Shown: positions 28,828 to 38,430 of the stretch, in pieces
How positions within the stretch are numbered: position 1 is the stretch's first letter
How the letters are laid out: the number at the start of each line of letters is the position of its first letter
Program-made: the position numbers and the translations under genes
The notes under the pieces: model-generated
Database searches by the model: none
Told to the model about the DNA's origin: nothing
What the model saw: the letters and a program-made list of their open reading frames with translations, nothing else
Sequence record: MT533174.1
Length of the DNA stretch: 64,000 nt
Direction: 5' to 3' (one strand)
Source: Escherichia phage CJ20

Positions 28828-29048
28828 AATTAAAGAAAAGATATATTCGTAAAATAAATGGTCTTCGTGATTATGCCAAAGGTTGGCCATTAAGTATTAT
28901 TATGGCTGATAGACATCCACGTTATAATAACGAGTTGACTTATTACAAAAAGTATGATTCGTATTGTCGGTCTAAAGCGGGTCGTTTAGATGGTTCCTAT
29001 GAAGAATATTTCGGTAAAAAACCTACTCGTATTTCGTTAGGAAAATAA
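28821..29048 (+). CDS. hypothetical basic protein
   Basis: 75-aa ORF rich in Lys/Arg/Tyr. Confidence 0.5.
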   Translation: MLKLKKRYIRKINGLRDYAKGWPLSIIMADRHPRYNNELTYYKKYDSYCRSKAGRLDGSYEEYFGKKPTRISLGK

Positions 29049-29078
29049 TTTAATCACAAGGATGTGGTAGGAGGAATT

Positions 29079-29408
29079 ATGCATAAAGATTCGGTATTCA
29101 AATATCTTTTGAAAACAGATAAAGAATTCTATATGAATGGGCAAGCCTTCTTGTTCGTTCGTGGTAAACGTGAGATGTTTTACAAATGCGACCTCTCAAT
29201 GCATCATCATATGTATCATACCCACGGTGAGCATATACTGGGGTTCTCCGGTGACGAGACTAGACATATAGCTATGTACTATGACCATTTTAAGCTTAAT
29301 GATTGTGGTGACAATGCTTTAGTCTGGAACTCATCTTGGCGCCGATGGGACGTAGTAGACAACAATAAATTATTTTTAGAATATTGTCGAAGCAGTATAC
29401 AAGTCTAA
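29079..29408 (+). CDS. hypothetical His-rich protein
   Basis: 109 aa from the ATG after GGAGGA; HHHMYHTHGEH segment suggests metal binding. Confidence 0.5.
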   Translation: MHKDSVFKYLLKTDKEFYMNGQAFLFVRGKREMFYKCDLSMHHHMYHTHGEHILGFSGDETRHIAMYYDHFKLNDCGDNALVWNSSWRRWDVVDNNKLFLEYCRSSIQV

Positions 29409-29472
29409 AAAACTGTGTTACTATACTCCTATCAACTGATGACAATCACGTTATCAGAACAGGAGAATAAAA

Positions 29473-29673
29473 ATGTCTATCGCAAACGAATTAATCAAAG
29501 TTCTGAACGAAGCCAAAGTCAACCAACTGGAGGTTAATCTCCAGGAAGTTTCTGATGGCATTAAAGTAACCATCAGTGGTGATTACGCAGGCGTCACAGA
29601 ACGTGTTTGTGATTCTCTGGAAGAAGTAGTTTCCTGCATTAAAAGAGATATTTACGCATACGGTATTATTTGA
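29473..29673 (+). CDS. hypothetical protein
   Basis: 66-aa ORF after CAGGAGAATAAAAATG. Confidence 0.5.
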   Translation: MSIANELIKVLNEAKVNQLEVNLQEVSDGIKVTISGDYAGVTERVCDSLEEVVSCIKRDIYAYGII

Positions 29674-29683
29674 GGAAAATATT

Positions 29684-29914
29684 ATGTGGTATTACGCCCC
29701 AATGGCTGATGAGCCCGTAAAAATTAGTCGTGCTAAGTTTACAAAGATTTACGGTCTCGTTTATAAGAAGTCTGATTACGGTGTTCGTTTTGAAGATGCG
29801 CACTGTATCAACGACCCTTATAATGAAGACCTCTATGGCAAATTGGTTCCTATCGTTAAGGGGTCCGCTTCTGAGATGATAGATGAATCTAATATCTCTG
29901 CTGCTGAAATTTAA
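29684..29914 (+). CDS. hypothetical protein
   Basis: 76-aa ORF. Confidence 0.5.
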   Translation: MWYYAPMADEPVKISRAKFTKIYGLVYKKSDYGVRFEDAHCINDPYNEDLYGKLVPIVKGSASEMIDESNISAAEI

Positions 29915-29932
29915 GTTACTGAGGAAAATATT

Positions 29933-30892
29933 ATGATGTTAGTTATTGGCTCTCGCGCATTGCATAACGCCGGTCTGATTGAAAGTAAGAAAATTGAAAA
30001 CTCTGATTGGGACTTTATAGCAGACCAAGGTTCCTGGAACAACTTTAAAACCCAGATGATGGGGCAGCATGTTCCTGTGGATAACCCAGATGTGCAAGCT
30101 TTTAAGTGTATGCACAACGGTAAAGAAACCTATTTTGAAGCATACATCGTCCGAGCCCTGACAAGTGTTCGTGAGCTGACTGATGAGCTACAAGAGGAAG
30201 ATTTTACTTCCAGTTATCGTCTGCTCAAATATGCGAAGGCAAATATTCAGAAAGACCGTCTATCTGGTTTTTACTGGGCGACCCCTGATATTTGTCTGGC
30301 AATTAAATTGTCTCATCGTTACCTGAAGAACAATCCATTCTTCCTGAAGACAATGAGCCATATTAATTACCTTCGTAATAAGGGTGTTGTTCTTAATGAT
30401 GAACTACAAAAAATCATGCAACAACGACAGGCAGAAACACTGTCATATAGCCACCCTAAACTAGACGTGGGCAAGAAAACTTTCTTTAATGATACAATCT
30501 ATACCCTTGACCATGACTCCATCCACGAGGCCGTGGCGCTTGCTGATAAGCCTGCATATAAGTTCTATATGAAGGATGATTCAGAAGTTATGACCTCGCG
30601 TGAAAAATTTGAAGCACTCCCTGAGATTATTAAACTGGCAGGGGTTTATGAAGAAGCATGTGTGCTCGCTCTGGAGCGTTCGCAGGTTCCTAATGAGTTC
30701 AATATTTCTCCATCCGTGAGCTTCCATATTGCACTGGAAAAAGTCTGTACCTCCATTACTTCTGGATGGTTCCGTGAGTATGCCTGGGAACATTACCAGG
30801 AAGTGGTTAATATGTACAACACCCTGGGTCACGAAGACTATGTTAAACGTTTCAAGGCTAACCAACATTTAATTCGTCCTTTCGAAAAATAA
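29933..30892 (+). CDS. hypothetical 319-aa protein
   Basis: Long ORF; N-terminal IGSRAL...SDWDFIAD is weakly reminiscent of nucleotidyltransferase-fold motifs. Confidence 0.6.
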   Translation: MMLVIGSRALHNAGLIESKKIENSDWDFIADQGSWNNFKTQMMGQHVPVDNPDVQAFKCMHNGKETYFEAYIVRALTSVRELTDELQEEDFTSSYRLLKYAKANIQKDRLSGFYWATPDICLAIKLSHRYLKNNPFFLKTMSHINYLRNKGVVLNDELQKIMQQRQAETLSYSHPKLDVGKKTFFNDTIYTLDHDSIHEAVALADKPAYKFYMKDDSEVMTSREKFEALPEIIKLAGVYEEACVLALERSQVPNEFNISPSVSFHIALEKVCTSITSGWFREYAWEHYQEVVNMYNTLGHEDYVKRFKANQHLIRPFEK

Positions 30893-30951
30893 TTGTGTAC
30901 ATCCAAGTGGGGCTATGACACAATGGTCCCACAATCAATGAGGAAAATATT

Positions 30952-31644
30952 ATGAACAGTCCAAAAACTTTTAATAGTCAAATGCGTGAAGTTGGTCAAT
31001 TTGCTCAATATGTCAGTAATGACGAAATCAAAAATGAACCGATGTTCTTTAACTGCTATCCAGAATTTGCGCATAAGCATGGTGGCCCAATCACGCGCAG
31101 TTTTCTTGATAACCTACCAAAAGAATGGACTGATGGTCCTGATAATTTGGTGTTTGACTCTCGCGTCCATATGTTGATGCCTGGTTGGTATCCTGCTATC
31201 CCTGGGTATCACCATGATGATGTACCACGTCCAGATATTCCAGCAGGACAACATTTTATTACAGCAGGACAACCTGATTATGATAACCCTCGTTACCATT
31301 CTGAACACATCCTGGGTCTGGTTAACGCTTCTGTTTGCCCTACTAATTTTGCTCTGGGAACTTCAGAATTCAGTCAGATTCCTGATGGCGAACTTATCTA
31401 TCGCCAGTGGCACCAGGAAGTTCTGGAAAAAATCAAGGCGGGTGAACTTTTAGTTCAAGAAGCTCCTGACCGCACATTATGTGAATTCAACTGGCAGACC
31501 TGGCATACTGGAACAAAAACAGTTAGTAACGGTTGGCGCTGGTTTGGTCGCGTATCTCGTAAAACAGACCGTGTTAATAAAGTTACCAATGAAATCCGCG
31601 TTAATGCTCAAGTATATCTGGAATTCCCCATGGAGGGCTGGTAA
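30952..31644 (+). CDS. hypothetical 230-aa protein
   Basis: Long ORF with GAGGAAA ribosome-binding site; His/Asp-rich segment PGYHHDDVP. Confidence 0.6.
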   Translation: MNSPKTFNSQMREVGQFAQYVSNDEIKNEPMFFNCYPEFAHKHGGPITRSFLDNLPKEWTDGPDNLVFDSRVHMLMPGWYPAIPGYHHDDVPRPDIPAGQHFITAGQPDYDNPRYHSEHILGLVNASVCPTNFALGTSEFSQIPDGELIYRQWHQEVLEKIKAGELLVQEAPDRTLCEFNWQTWHTGTKTVSNGWRWFGRVSRKTDRVNKVTNEIRVNAQVYLEFPMEGW

Positions 31645-32231
31645 TGGCCCTTTATGAACCTGGGTGTATGGGTGTTGATGTAAACTTCATCCGTCGCCCA
31701 GAAAATGCAGGAATTATTGTCTCAAGAGACGAATTTATGATTACCAAAAGATATTGGGCGGACCTTGATGATGGTGATGAAGGAATCAAGGTTGAAAACG
31801 TTGATTGGTCGCGATGCAATCGTCATGTGAAAGAGCTTTTAATTAAGGAATATAAAATGGGATATATTGTTAATGGGTATCAACCGGAACCACTCAAAGA
31901 ACAGACACCCGACCCATTAATTTCTTATAGCAAGAAATATGGATTTCGTACCTGGAAAGATGAATTTGATAAGTTAATTTGTTCCAGGTTTTATGTGTGG
32001 GCTGGAATCTTATTTTTACCAATCCTGTTGTTTTTCTTGACAGGTAAAAATGAAGCACCTGTGGCTGTAATGGGTGCGTGCATTTCTTCTGCTGCTGTTG
32101 GACTTATTGCATCATTTTTATGGACTATGGCTATTGAAGTACCTTTTCGTATTTCTAAAGTTAAAAAGGTATACGACGATATCGCTAAGAAAAATACATT
32201 AAATTCTTTTATTGAGGAATGCCGTAAATGA
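31644..32231 (+). CDS. membrane protein (C-terminal FIEECRK)
   Basis: 195 aa; two hydrophobic helices; C-terminal tail matches the family at 26541-27769. Confidence 0.55.
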   Translation: MALYEPGCMGVDVNFIRRPENAGIIVSRDEFMITKRYWADLDDGDEGIKVENVDWSRCNRHVKELLIKEYKMGYIVNGYQPEPLKEQTPDPLISYSKKYGFRTWKDEFDKLICSRFYVWAGILFLPILLFFLTGKNEAPVAVMGACISSAAVGLIASFLWTMAIEVPFRISKVKKVYDDIAKKNTLNSFIEECRK

Positions 32232-32464
32232 GTATTGCAATTTATATTAAATCTGAGTCGTGTGATTCTTATCTGTATTCCTATGACACCGGAACATCAG
32301 AAGAGAAAATCAAAGAAGATTTGGAAAGTGACTTGGATATGTTCCGGCCTATTTCCGATTATATGGTCCAAATATCTGATAGTGAAAGCCCATCAACAGA
32401 AACATGCGTTGAAATTATTATGGCCGAAATCTTTAAAAAATCTTGGGAACGTGATGATGAGTAA
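32228..32464 (+). CDS. hypothetical acidic protein
   Basis: 78-aa ORF, ATGA-coupled to the previous gene. Confidence 0.5.
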   Translation: MSIAIYIKSESCDSYLYSYDTGTSEEKIKEDLESDLDMFRPISDYMVQISDSESPSTETCVEIIMAEIFKKSWERDDE

Positions 32465-32909
32465 GAAAGTGAAGGAATTATCTGCTGGCATTATTTTCAT
32501 GACTGAAGATAAAGAGTTATTTATGGGGCGTGTGACTGGTTCTCGTAAACCAGGTATGCCTGCGCACAAATGGGACATCCCTAAGGGTCATGTTGAAGCT
32601 GGTGAATCCCCGATTGAAGCTGCTATCCGTGAAACCGAAGAAGAAACCGGGTTTACCCAATATGACCCGGCATTCTTAAAAGACCTGGGTGAGTTCCGTT
32701 ATTCAGATAACAAAAACCTTCACCTGTTTTTGTATACGGTTCCTGTCGAGCATGAACAATTCAGACATAGTAAATGCTCTGCCTATCATACCTTCCCGGA
32801 TGGCAGTTCGGTCCCAGAGTTTGATGCGTTTGCTCTGATTAAACCGAGCCAATGGCAGTACGTGATGGGCAAATCGATGTACAAGGTACTGACTCAAATT
32901 TTCGGATAA
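32454..32909 (+). CDS. nudE: Nudix hydrolase NudE
   Basis: 151 aa, the same as T4 NudE; Nudix box GHVEAGESPIEAAIRETEEETG; adjacent to gene e as in T4. Confidence 0.88.
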   Translation: MMSKKVKELSAGIIFMTEDKELFMGRVTGSRKPGMPAHKWDIPKGHVEAGESPIEAAIRETEEETGFTQYDPAFLKDLGEFRYSDNKNLHLFLYTVPVEHEQFRHSKCSAYHTFPDGSSVPEFDAFALIKPSQWQYVMGKSMYKVLTQIFG

Positions 32910-32935
32910 TAAATACCCCTATATAAGGGGGTATT

Positions 32936-33427
32936 ATGAATATATTCGAAATGTTACGCATAGATGAAGGTTGTAAGTTGGATTTGTATAAAGATACTGA
33001 AGGCTATTGGACCATTGGTATCGGGCAACTGATAACTAAGAACCCATCAAAAGATGTTGCTCGTGCCGAGCTCGACAAGCTCATGGGTCGCGTCTGTAAT
33101 GGTCGCATAACCCAGCACGAAGCTGAAACATTGTTTAACCGTTCGGTCGAAAAAGCTAAAGCCGGAATCTTGAGACACCCTGTCTTAAAACCTGTTTATG
33201 ATGTGCTAGATGAAGTTCGTCGTTGTGCACTCATTAATATGGTATTCCAGATGGGTGTTGCTGGTGTTGCTGGTTTTCCTAAGGGTATGCGATTGTTGAA
33301 GGCCAAATCGTGGGAAGCCGCCGCCAAGGAACTGGCCGACTCGAGATGGTATAAAGTCCAGACTCCGAACCGAGCCAAACGAGTTATAGAAACGTTCCGT
33401 ACCGGAACTTTTAGCGCATACAAATAA
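32936..33427 (+). CDS. e: endolysin (T4 lysozyme e)
   Basis: 163 aa; [12 protein letters not shown]...[13 protein letters not shown]...[12 protein letters not shown]...[14 protein letters not shown] closely matches T4 lysozyme with Glu11, Asp20 and Thr26 conserved. Confidence 0.95.
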   Translation: MNIFEMLRIDEGCKLDLYKDTEGYWTIGIGQLITKNPSKDVARAELDKLMGRVCNGRITQHEAETLFNRSVEKAKAGILRHPVLKPVYDVLDEVRRCALINMVFQMGVAGVAGFPKGMRLLKAKSWEAAAKELADSRWYKVQTPNRAKRVIETFRTGTFSAYK

Positions 33428-33435
33428 GGTAAAAT

Positions 33436-33738
33436 ATGAAAACGTATAAAGAATTTATCACCGAAGCGCGCGTAAGTGCAGGTAAATTAGAAGCCGCTGT
33501 AAATAAAAAGGCCCATTCATTTCATGATTTACCAGATAAAGACCGTAAGAAACTTGTAAGCCTTTATATTGACAAAGAGCGTATTCTAGCTCTCCCTGGC
33601 GCTAACGAAGGTAAACAGGCCAAGCCTTTGAATTCTGTCGAAAAGAAAATTGATAACTTTGCTTCTAAGTTCGGCATGTCTATGGATGACCTTCAGCAAG
33701 CGGCTATCGAAGCAGCTAAAGCAATTAAAGGTAAATAA
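33436..33738 (+). CDS. internal protein (ipII/ipIII-like) with capsid targeting sequence [11 protein letters not shown]
   Basis: 100 aa; targeting-type N-terminus; located between e and denV, where T4 has ipIII and ipII. Confidence 0.7.
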   Translation: MKTYKEFITEARVSAGKLEAAVNKKAHSFHDLPDKDRKKLVSLYIDKERILALPGANEGKQAKPLNSVEKKIDNFASKFGMSMDDLQQAAIEAAKAIKGK

Positions 33739-33740
33739 CA

Positions 33741-33769
33741 GTTTACTTCCACGATACGTGTGATATAAT
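33741..33769 (+). promoter_or_regulatory. early promoter (GTTTAC, 17 bp, TATAAT) upstream of denV
   Basis: Canonical -35/-10 spacing, followed by the hairpin GTTCTCCTAC...GGAGAAC and the denV ribosome-binding site. Confidence 0.5.
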
Positions 33770-33797
33770 GTTCTCCTACAAACATAGGAGAACAAAC

Positions 33798-34214
33798 ATG
33801 ACTCGCATTAATTTAACCCTGGTATCTGAACTCGCTGACCAACATCTTATGGCTGAATATCGTGAACTTCCTCGCGTGTTTGGTGCTGTTCGTAAGCATG
33901 TGCAAAATGGTAAAAAGGTGTCTGACTTTAAAATCCCATCATCTTTTCTTTTAGGGACTGGTCATGTCACCTTCTTTTATGATAAGCTTTTGTTCCTTAA
34001 AAACCGGCATCAAGAACTTATTGCGGAATGTTTAAAGCGAGGGTTTAACATAAAAGATATTTCTACCCAAGATTTAAATGATATTCCTGATGAATGGAAG
34101 AATGATTATCAACCATCAATCTGGTCAATTGAAATCAGTCAAGCCAGACTGAATGAGAAAATTTCTCAAAAGCCTACCTGGTACAAATACTATGGGAAAG
34201 CTGTGTACGCTTAA
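33798..34214 (+). CDS. denV: endonuclease V (pyrimidine dimer DNA glycosylase)
   Basis: 138 aa; near-identical to T4 DenV over most of its length ([35 protein letters not shown]..., [12 protein letters not shown]). Confidence 0.95.
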   Translation: MTRINLTLVSELADQHLMAEYRELPRVFGAVRKHVQNGKKVSDFKIPSSFLLGTGHVTFFYDKLLFLKNRHQELIAECLKRGFNIKDISTQDLNDIPDEWKNDYQPSIWSIEISQARLNEKISQKPTWYKYYGKAVYA

Positions 34215-34262
34215 CTAAAAAGGTTGTATAATGATTTTATCAACCAAACAATGGAATATAAA

Positions 34263-34577
34263 ATGAAAACTTATCAAGAATTTATTACTGAATCTACCCA
34301 AAAACGTGTTGAAGGCGGTTATGTCTGGATTGAACAATTAACCCCACCAAGTGAAACGAGCACGGGTTCGTGGAAAATTACTGTTGATGGCCCTGGTGGA
34401 AAACGTAAGACTATTAAAGAAATTAAAGGCTATTATGATGAAGCCAAATCATGGGCTGGTAGTCATGTAATGCAGATTAAAATTGCAAACCCGGATAACG
34501 TTCATGCGGCAAAAGCATTCCGTCGCATTGGTAATAAACTTTATGATGCGTTTTTGCGTGATTTCCCTAAAGAGTAA
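34263..34577 (+). CDS. internal-protein-like protein (MKTYQEFITES)
   Basis: 104 aa from the ATG at 34263; targeting-type N-terminus. Confidence 0.6.
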   Translation: MKTYQEFITESTQKRVEGGYVWIEQLTPPSETSTGSWKITVDGPGGKRKTIKEIKGYYDEAKSWAGSHVMQIKIANPDNVHAAKAFRRIGNKLYDAFLRDFPKE

Positions 34578-34590
34578 TTAAAGAGACATT

Positions 34591-34854
34591 ATGAAAACTT
34601 ATCAAGAATTTATTACTGAATCTGCTAAAGCTCCTACCGGTGCTTTTAAAGTCCGCGCCTTCGCTGGTGATGCTGAAGACTTTGGCACCATGAAGCGCAA
34701 TGGTTATTCTTTCTTTGGTGGCGATGGTAAAGAAATTGTTACCTATGCAAAACGCCGCGAAATCGCATTCGTGGTTGCTGGTAAGAAAGTTGATGTTGAC
34801 GATATTGAATGGGATTTTGATACCTTTGGTATTGTTTCTGGCGGTAAAGCATAA
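34591..34854 (+). CDS. internal-protein-like protein (MKTYQEFITES)
   Basis: 87 aa; targeting-type N-terminus; paralogous to the ORF at 20528. Confidence 0.6.
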   Translation: MKTYQEFITESAKAPTGAFKVRAFAGDAEDFGTMKRNGYSFFGGDGKEIVTYAKRREIAFVVAGKKVDVDDIEWDFDTFGIVSGGKA

Positions 34855-34857
34855 CTG

Positions 34858-34888
34858 TTTACTTTATGATGGGATAATTATACACTAT
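34858..34888 (+). promoter_or_regulatory. early promoter-like (GTTTAC) with palindrome GGGATAATTATACACTATCCC
   Basis: Reverse-complement copy of the 24573 palindrome; followed by the leader CCATCAACTTGGAGCGAATAAATG. Confidence 0.45.
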
Positions 34889-34910
34889 CCCATCAACTTG
34901 GAGCGAATAA

Positions 34911-35210
34911 ATGAAAACTTATCAAGAATTTATTACTGAAGCCAAAGCTCCTAAAGCATTTCAAATTGGGGTTCAGGGTAATTTAGACCAACAATATGTT
35001 GATGCTATTGTAGCAAGCCTCGGCAAGCAGGGTGTACAAGTGGATTTGGTTGATTTTACTAAAGGTAATACTTTTAATATTGTTACATCTAAAGGTTCTT
35101 TAGCTAAAGTTAAAAAGGCCTTTGGTGTAGCACAAGCATACGAAATCGACCATTCTGAATTAGAAAATAAAGGTCGCCAGAACACAATTAAAGGCTCTGG
35201 TTCTTTTTAA
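34911..35210 (+). CDS. internal-protein-like protein (MKTYQEFITEA)
   Basis: 99 aa; targeting-type N-terminus. Confidence 0.6.
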   Translation: MKTYQEFITEAKAPKAFQIGVQGNLDQQYVDAIVASLGKQGVQVDLVDFTKGNTFNIVTSKGSLAKVKKAFGVAQAYEIDHSELENKGRQNTIKGSGSF

Positions 35211-35372
35211 TAAAGGCAAACCGACCCTCTCCTCATGAACGTCGCGTCCTCTGAGTGATGGACCTTTCCCTACCTGTAATAAGGTCGAGCCCGAGTGCGG
35301 TAAGGGGTTTACATTCGGATACATGGATGAATTATGTGCCAAGGAACGGCCCCAACTTAAAAAGAGACAATT
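35211..35372 (+). other. atypically GC-rich intergenic segment, possible structured RNA or regulatory region
   Basis: About 160 bp with no convincing ORF, markedly higher GC than its surroundings, and a GTTTAC -35-like hexamer near its 3' end. Confidence 0.3.
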
Positions 35373-35918
35373 ATGAAAACGTTTTTAACCGGTAGTTATC
35401 TATCCCTGATGAATGCTTTTGCAAACCATTCTGATGCTAGAGTAGAGCACATTTGTAATAGTGGGTTTTATGTACCTGATTCACAAACCCTGTTTAAAGA
35501 ATGCTGCACCCTAAAACTTGATGGTGGACGCCAATCTGGTAAAACAAGGGCAGTATCCATTTTTGCGTCTGATTGGCTCGCAGGTGGTGGGACTGTAATT
35601 ATTTTGTCTAATTGCGCCGCGTATGCTAATGTTTCGGCTACTGCAATCCGAAAGGAATATTTTAATAACCATACAGAAAGTATTAAGCACCGTTTGTACA
35701 CTGATTCTGTTCGTAGTTTTATTGGTAACACTGCATGCAAATTCCGTGGATTATCACTTTCACGGGTTCTGTATATAATTGATGAGCCTGTTAAAACACC
35801 TGATATGGATAAGATTTATGATGCCCACATAAAGGTTGTGCATTATTGCTGTCGTGCATCATGTGAAGAAACCAATCAAACCACACGTCCTCTGTTCTTT
35901 GTGATAGGAATGCAATGA
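35373..35918 (+). CDS. putative small P-loop NTPase
   Basis: 181 aa; Walker A GGRQSGKT and Walker B-like VLYIIDEP. Confidence 0.55.
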   Translation: MKTFLTGSYLSLMNAFANHSDARVEHICNSGFYVPDSQTLFKECCTLKLDGGRQSGKTRAVSIFASDWLAGGGTVIILSNCAAYANVSATAIRKEYFNNHTESIKHRLYTDSVRSFIGNTACKFRGLSLSRVLYIIDEPVKTPDMDKIYDAHIKVVHYCCRASCEETNQTTRPLFFVIGMQ

Positions 35919-36211
35919 TGACTGATGAAGAACTTTTTGAGTTCTGTTATTTCTCACGTAAGGTCCGAAGAGAGGACCTTACTACAAATTTCGAATATGC
36001 TTATTTCTATCCGTTAGAATATGTATTCATGACAGGGCCCTTTAAGGGCTCTCGTTTTAGATGTCATGCACCAAGCATCCGATTAATGAAACAGGTTCCT
36101 TACTTTACTCTGGAATTTATTTCTGGGCCGTGTAAGGGTATTATCACTCGCAGTCTCTTAACTTATGACCAAGAGATTCATATGATTTCTGACTGGAAAA
36201 AATATGTCTAA
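35915..36211 (+). CDS. hypothetical protein
   Basis: 98-aa ORF, ATGA-coupled. Confidence 0.5.
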   Translation: MMTDEELFEFCYFSRKVRREDLTTNFEYAYFYPLEYVFMTGPFKGSRFRCHAPSIRLMKQVPYFTLEFISGPCKGIITRSLLTYDQEIHMISDWKKYV

Positions 36212-36418
36212 ATTGACAATTGAAGGCTCTGATGAAGCTCTGAAGATGTTTGTTGACTGGTTCCACGAACAGGGCGAACAAGGCTTTATGGAATGTTGGG
36301 ATGGTGGGCAATGGAACGGTAAAGAAATTGTTTATCCGAGCACATATATCTCTGTTCGTGGTGGATATGATGGCCTTCGTTTGGTAGAATATGATACTGC
36401 ATCTGATGAGGAAGTAAA

Positions 36419-36422
<4 letters not shown>
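36204..36422 (+). CDS. hypothetical protein
   Basis: 72-aa ORF. Confidence 0.5.
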
Positions 36423-37002
<580 letters not shown>

Positions 37003-37031
37003 TGTACAAGCAGGTTGAAATGAGTTATGAT
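37003..37031 (+). promoter_or_regulatory. early-promoter-like element (GTGTAC, 17 bp, TATGAT) upstream of regB
   Basis: Same architecture as the other repeated elements. Confidence 0.45.
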
Positions 37032-37058
37032 TATCCCATCAAACAAAAGGAGATAATC

Positions 37059-37517
37059 ATGACTACTATCGATTCAAGTGTTTACATTCGCCGCAATAAA
37101 CTTCGTCGTATTTTTGAAACGGAGTTCCTCAAAATTAATAATGCTATCAACAAGGCTTGTAAAGAAGCAGGTCTTGAAGCATTCTTCATTAAGTACAGTC
37201 CGCACCTGTTGGACCGTGCAATCCAACGTGAAATTGACGAACAATATGTTTTTGACTTGTTTGGAAAAATCACACCACATGTAAAAGAAATCGTTGAATT
37301 CCTGGAGATGAAACCACTCCCGGAAGTTGAAGCACAAATTGACCCGAGTGTGAACTACCGTCCACTTCGTCTGGAAATCACAGACAAGAACCTATGGTTA
37401 GGAATGACAGTTAACCCAGCTCTTCCTGGGAAGTCTCCAACCATGTGTTGTCGTATGGCGTTTGTTAACTCTAATCGTCTTGAAGGAAAAATTAGCACAA
37501 AAGTGATTTATATCTAA
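37059..37517 (+). CDS. regB: RegB site-specific endoribonuclease
   Basis: 152 aa; strong match to T4 RegB (FIRRNKLRR, YSPHLLDRAIQREIDE, RPLRLEITDKNLWLG, CRMA-NS-RL-GK). Confidence 0.9.
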   Translation: MTTIDSSVYIRRNKLRRIFETEFLKINNAINKACKEAGLEAFFIKYSPHLLDRAIQREIDEQYVFDLFGKITPHVKEIVEFLEMKPLPEVEAQIDPSVNYRPLRLEITDKNLWLGMTVNPALPGKSPTMCCRMAFVNSNRLEGKISTKVIYI

Positions 37518-37527
37518 TGGGGAATTC

Positions 37528-38070
37528 ATGAAAAAAGTAATAGCCACTTTACTATTGACAGTTAGTATGTCTGCCCATAGCGTAGAGCCTACTTTCAGTA
37601 ATGAACAAATGGAAAATCTTCAATATGCTTATGCGTTTGGAGAACAGTTCCAGAAAAATGGTAAGTACAAAGAAAATCCGCACCAACATAATGGTTTGGG
37701 ATATATCATGGCTGGTTTAACCTGGCAGGAATCATCTGCTGGTGTTAATACAGGATTAAATAAAGATAAGCATCATGCATATGGTATATTCCAAAATTAT
37801 CTTCCAACCGTGCGTGAGCGCGTAAAACAGGTTGGGTGGACAATGACAGATAAAGAAATAATCAAGATGATAAGCAAGAGAGAGAACAGTGCACGCTGGG
37901 CTTATATTGAGCTTTCATACTGGTTGAACATTCACAAGGGGGACATAAGAAAAACACTATCATCATATAACGCAGGGTGGAATGTGAAAGCTGGAAACAC
38001 GTATGCTTCGCAAGTCCTAGAAAAAGCTAACTACTTAAAATCACGAGGCCTATTAAAAACGGTGGATTAA
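37528..38070 (+). CDS. secreted lytic-transglycosylase-like protein (T4 vs.1 position)
   Basis: 180 aa; N-terminal signal peptide; position after regB. Confidence 0.55.
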   Translation: MKKVIATLLLTVSMSAHSVEPTFSNEQMENLQYAYAFGEQFQKNGKYKENPHQHNGLGYIMAGLTWQESSAGVNTGLNKDKHHAYGIFQNYLPTVRERVKQVGWTMTDKEIIKMISKRENSARWAYIELSYWLNIHKGDIRKTLSSYNAGWNVKAGNTYASQVLEKANYLKSRGLLKTVD

Positions 38071-38430
38071 ATGGTAAGAGTCATAACTTTAGCCATAGGG
38101 TTAGTATTTAGCACGGGAGGAATAGCTTCAGTACAGAGCGATGATAATAATAGCATCATAGAATATGCAACGAGGACGGCCAAAGATTATTGCGCATCAA
38201 GCAATGTGGATTGTGTAATCCAGTTCAGTGCCAAACTCACTGCTGCCTATAAAGACGGTCAAAATGATGTTGAACACACTCTTATGAAAAAGAGTATTTT
38301 ATCCAACAAATATGAAAAGAAACTATTTGAAATGGATTGTATTCTGTCGAGTGCCAAATATAAAGCGGCCTGTACCAGTATGGTTGACAGGTTAGTCGAT
38401 TCCTATAACAGAGGATTGAACTCTAAATGA
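38071..38430 (+). CDS. hypothetical secreted protein (T4 vs position)
   Basis: 119 aa; signal-peptide-like N-terminus; several Cys. Confidence 0.5.
   Translation: MVRVITLAIGLVFSTGGIASVQSDDNNSIIEYATRTAKDYCASSNVDCVIQFSAKLTAAYKDGQNDVEHTLMKKSILSNKYEKKLFEMDCILSSAKYKAACTSMVDRLVDSYNRGLNSK

Noticed and set aside
32910-32935. Late promoter upstream of gene e in the palindrome CCCCTATATAAGGGGG
   Set aside because: The sequence is TATATAAG, not TATAAATA, and is embedded in a perfect hairpin. It is more likely a structural element than a late promoter, though weak late activity cannot be excluded.
34700-34939. ORF 34700-34939 and other alternative-frame ORFs overlapping internal-protein-like genes (for example 20625-20807, 35468-35740)
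   Set aside because: They overlap better-supported genes that carry the conserved targeting-type N-terminus and ribosome-binding sites.
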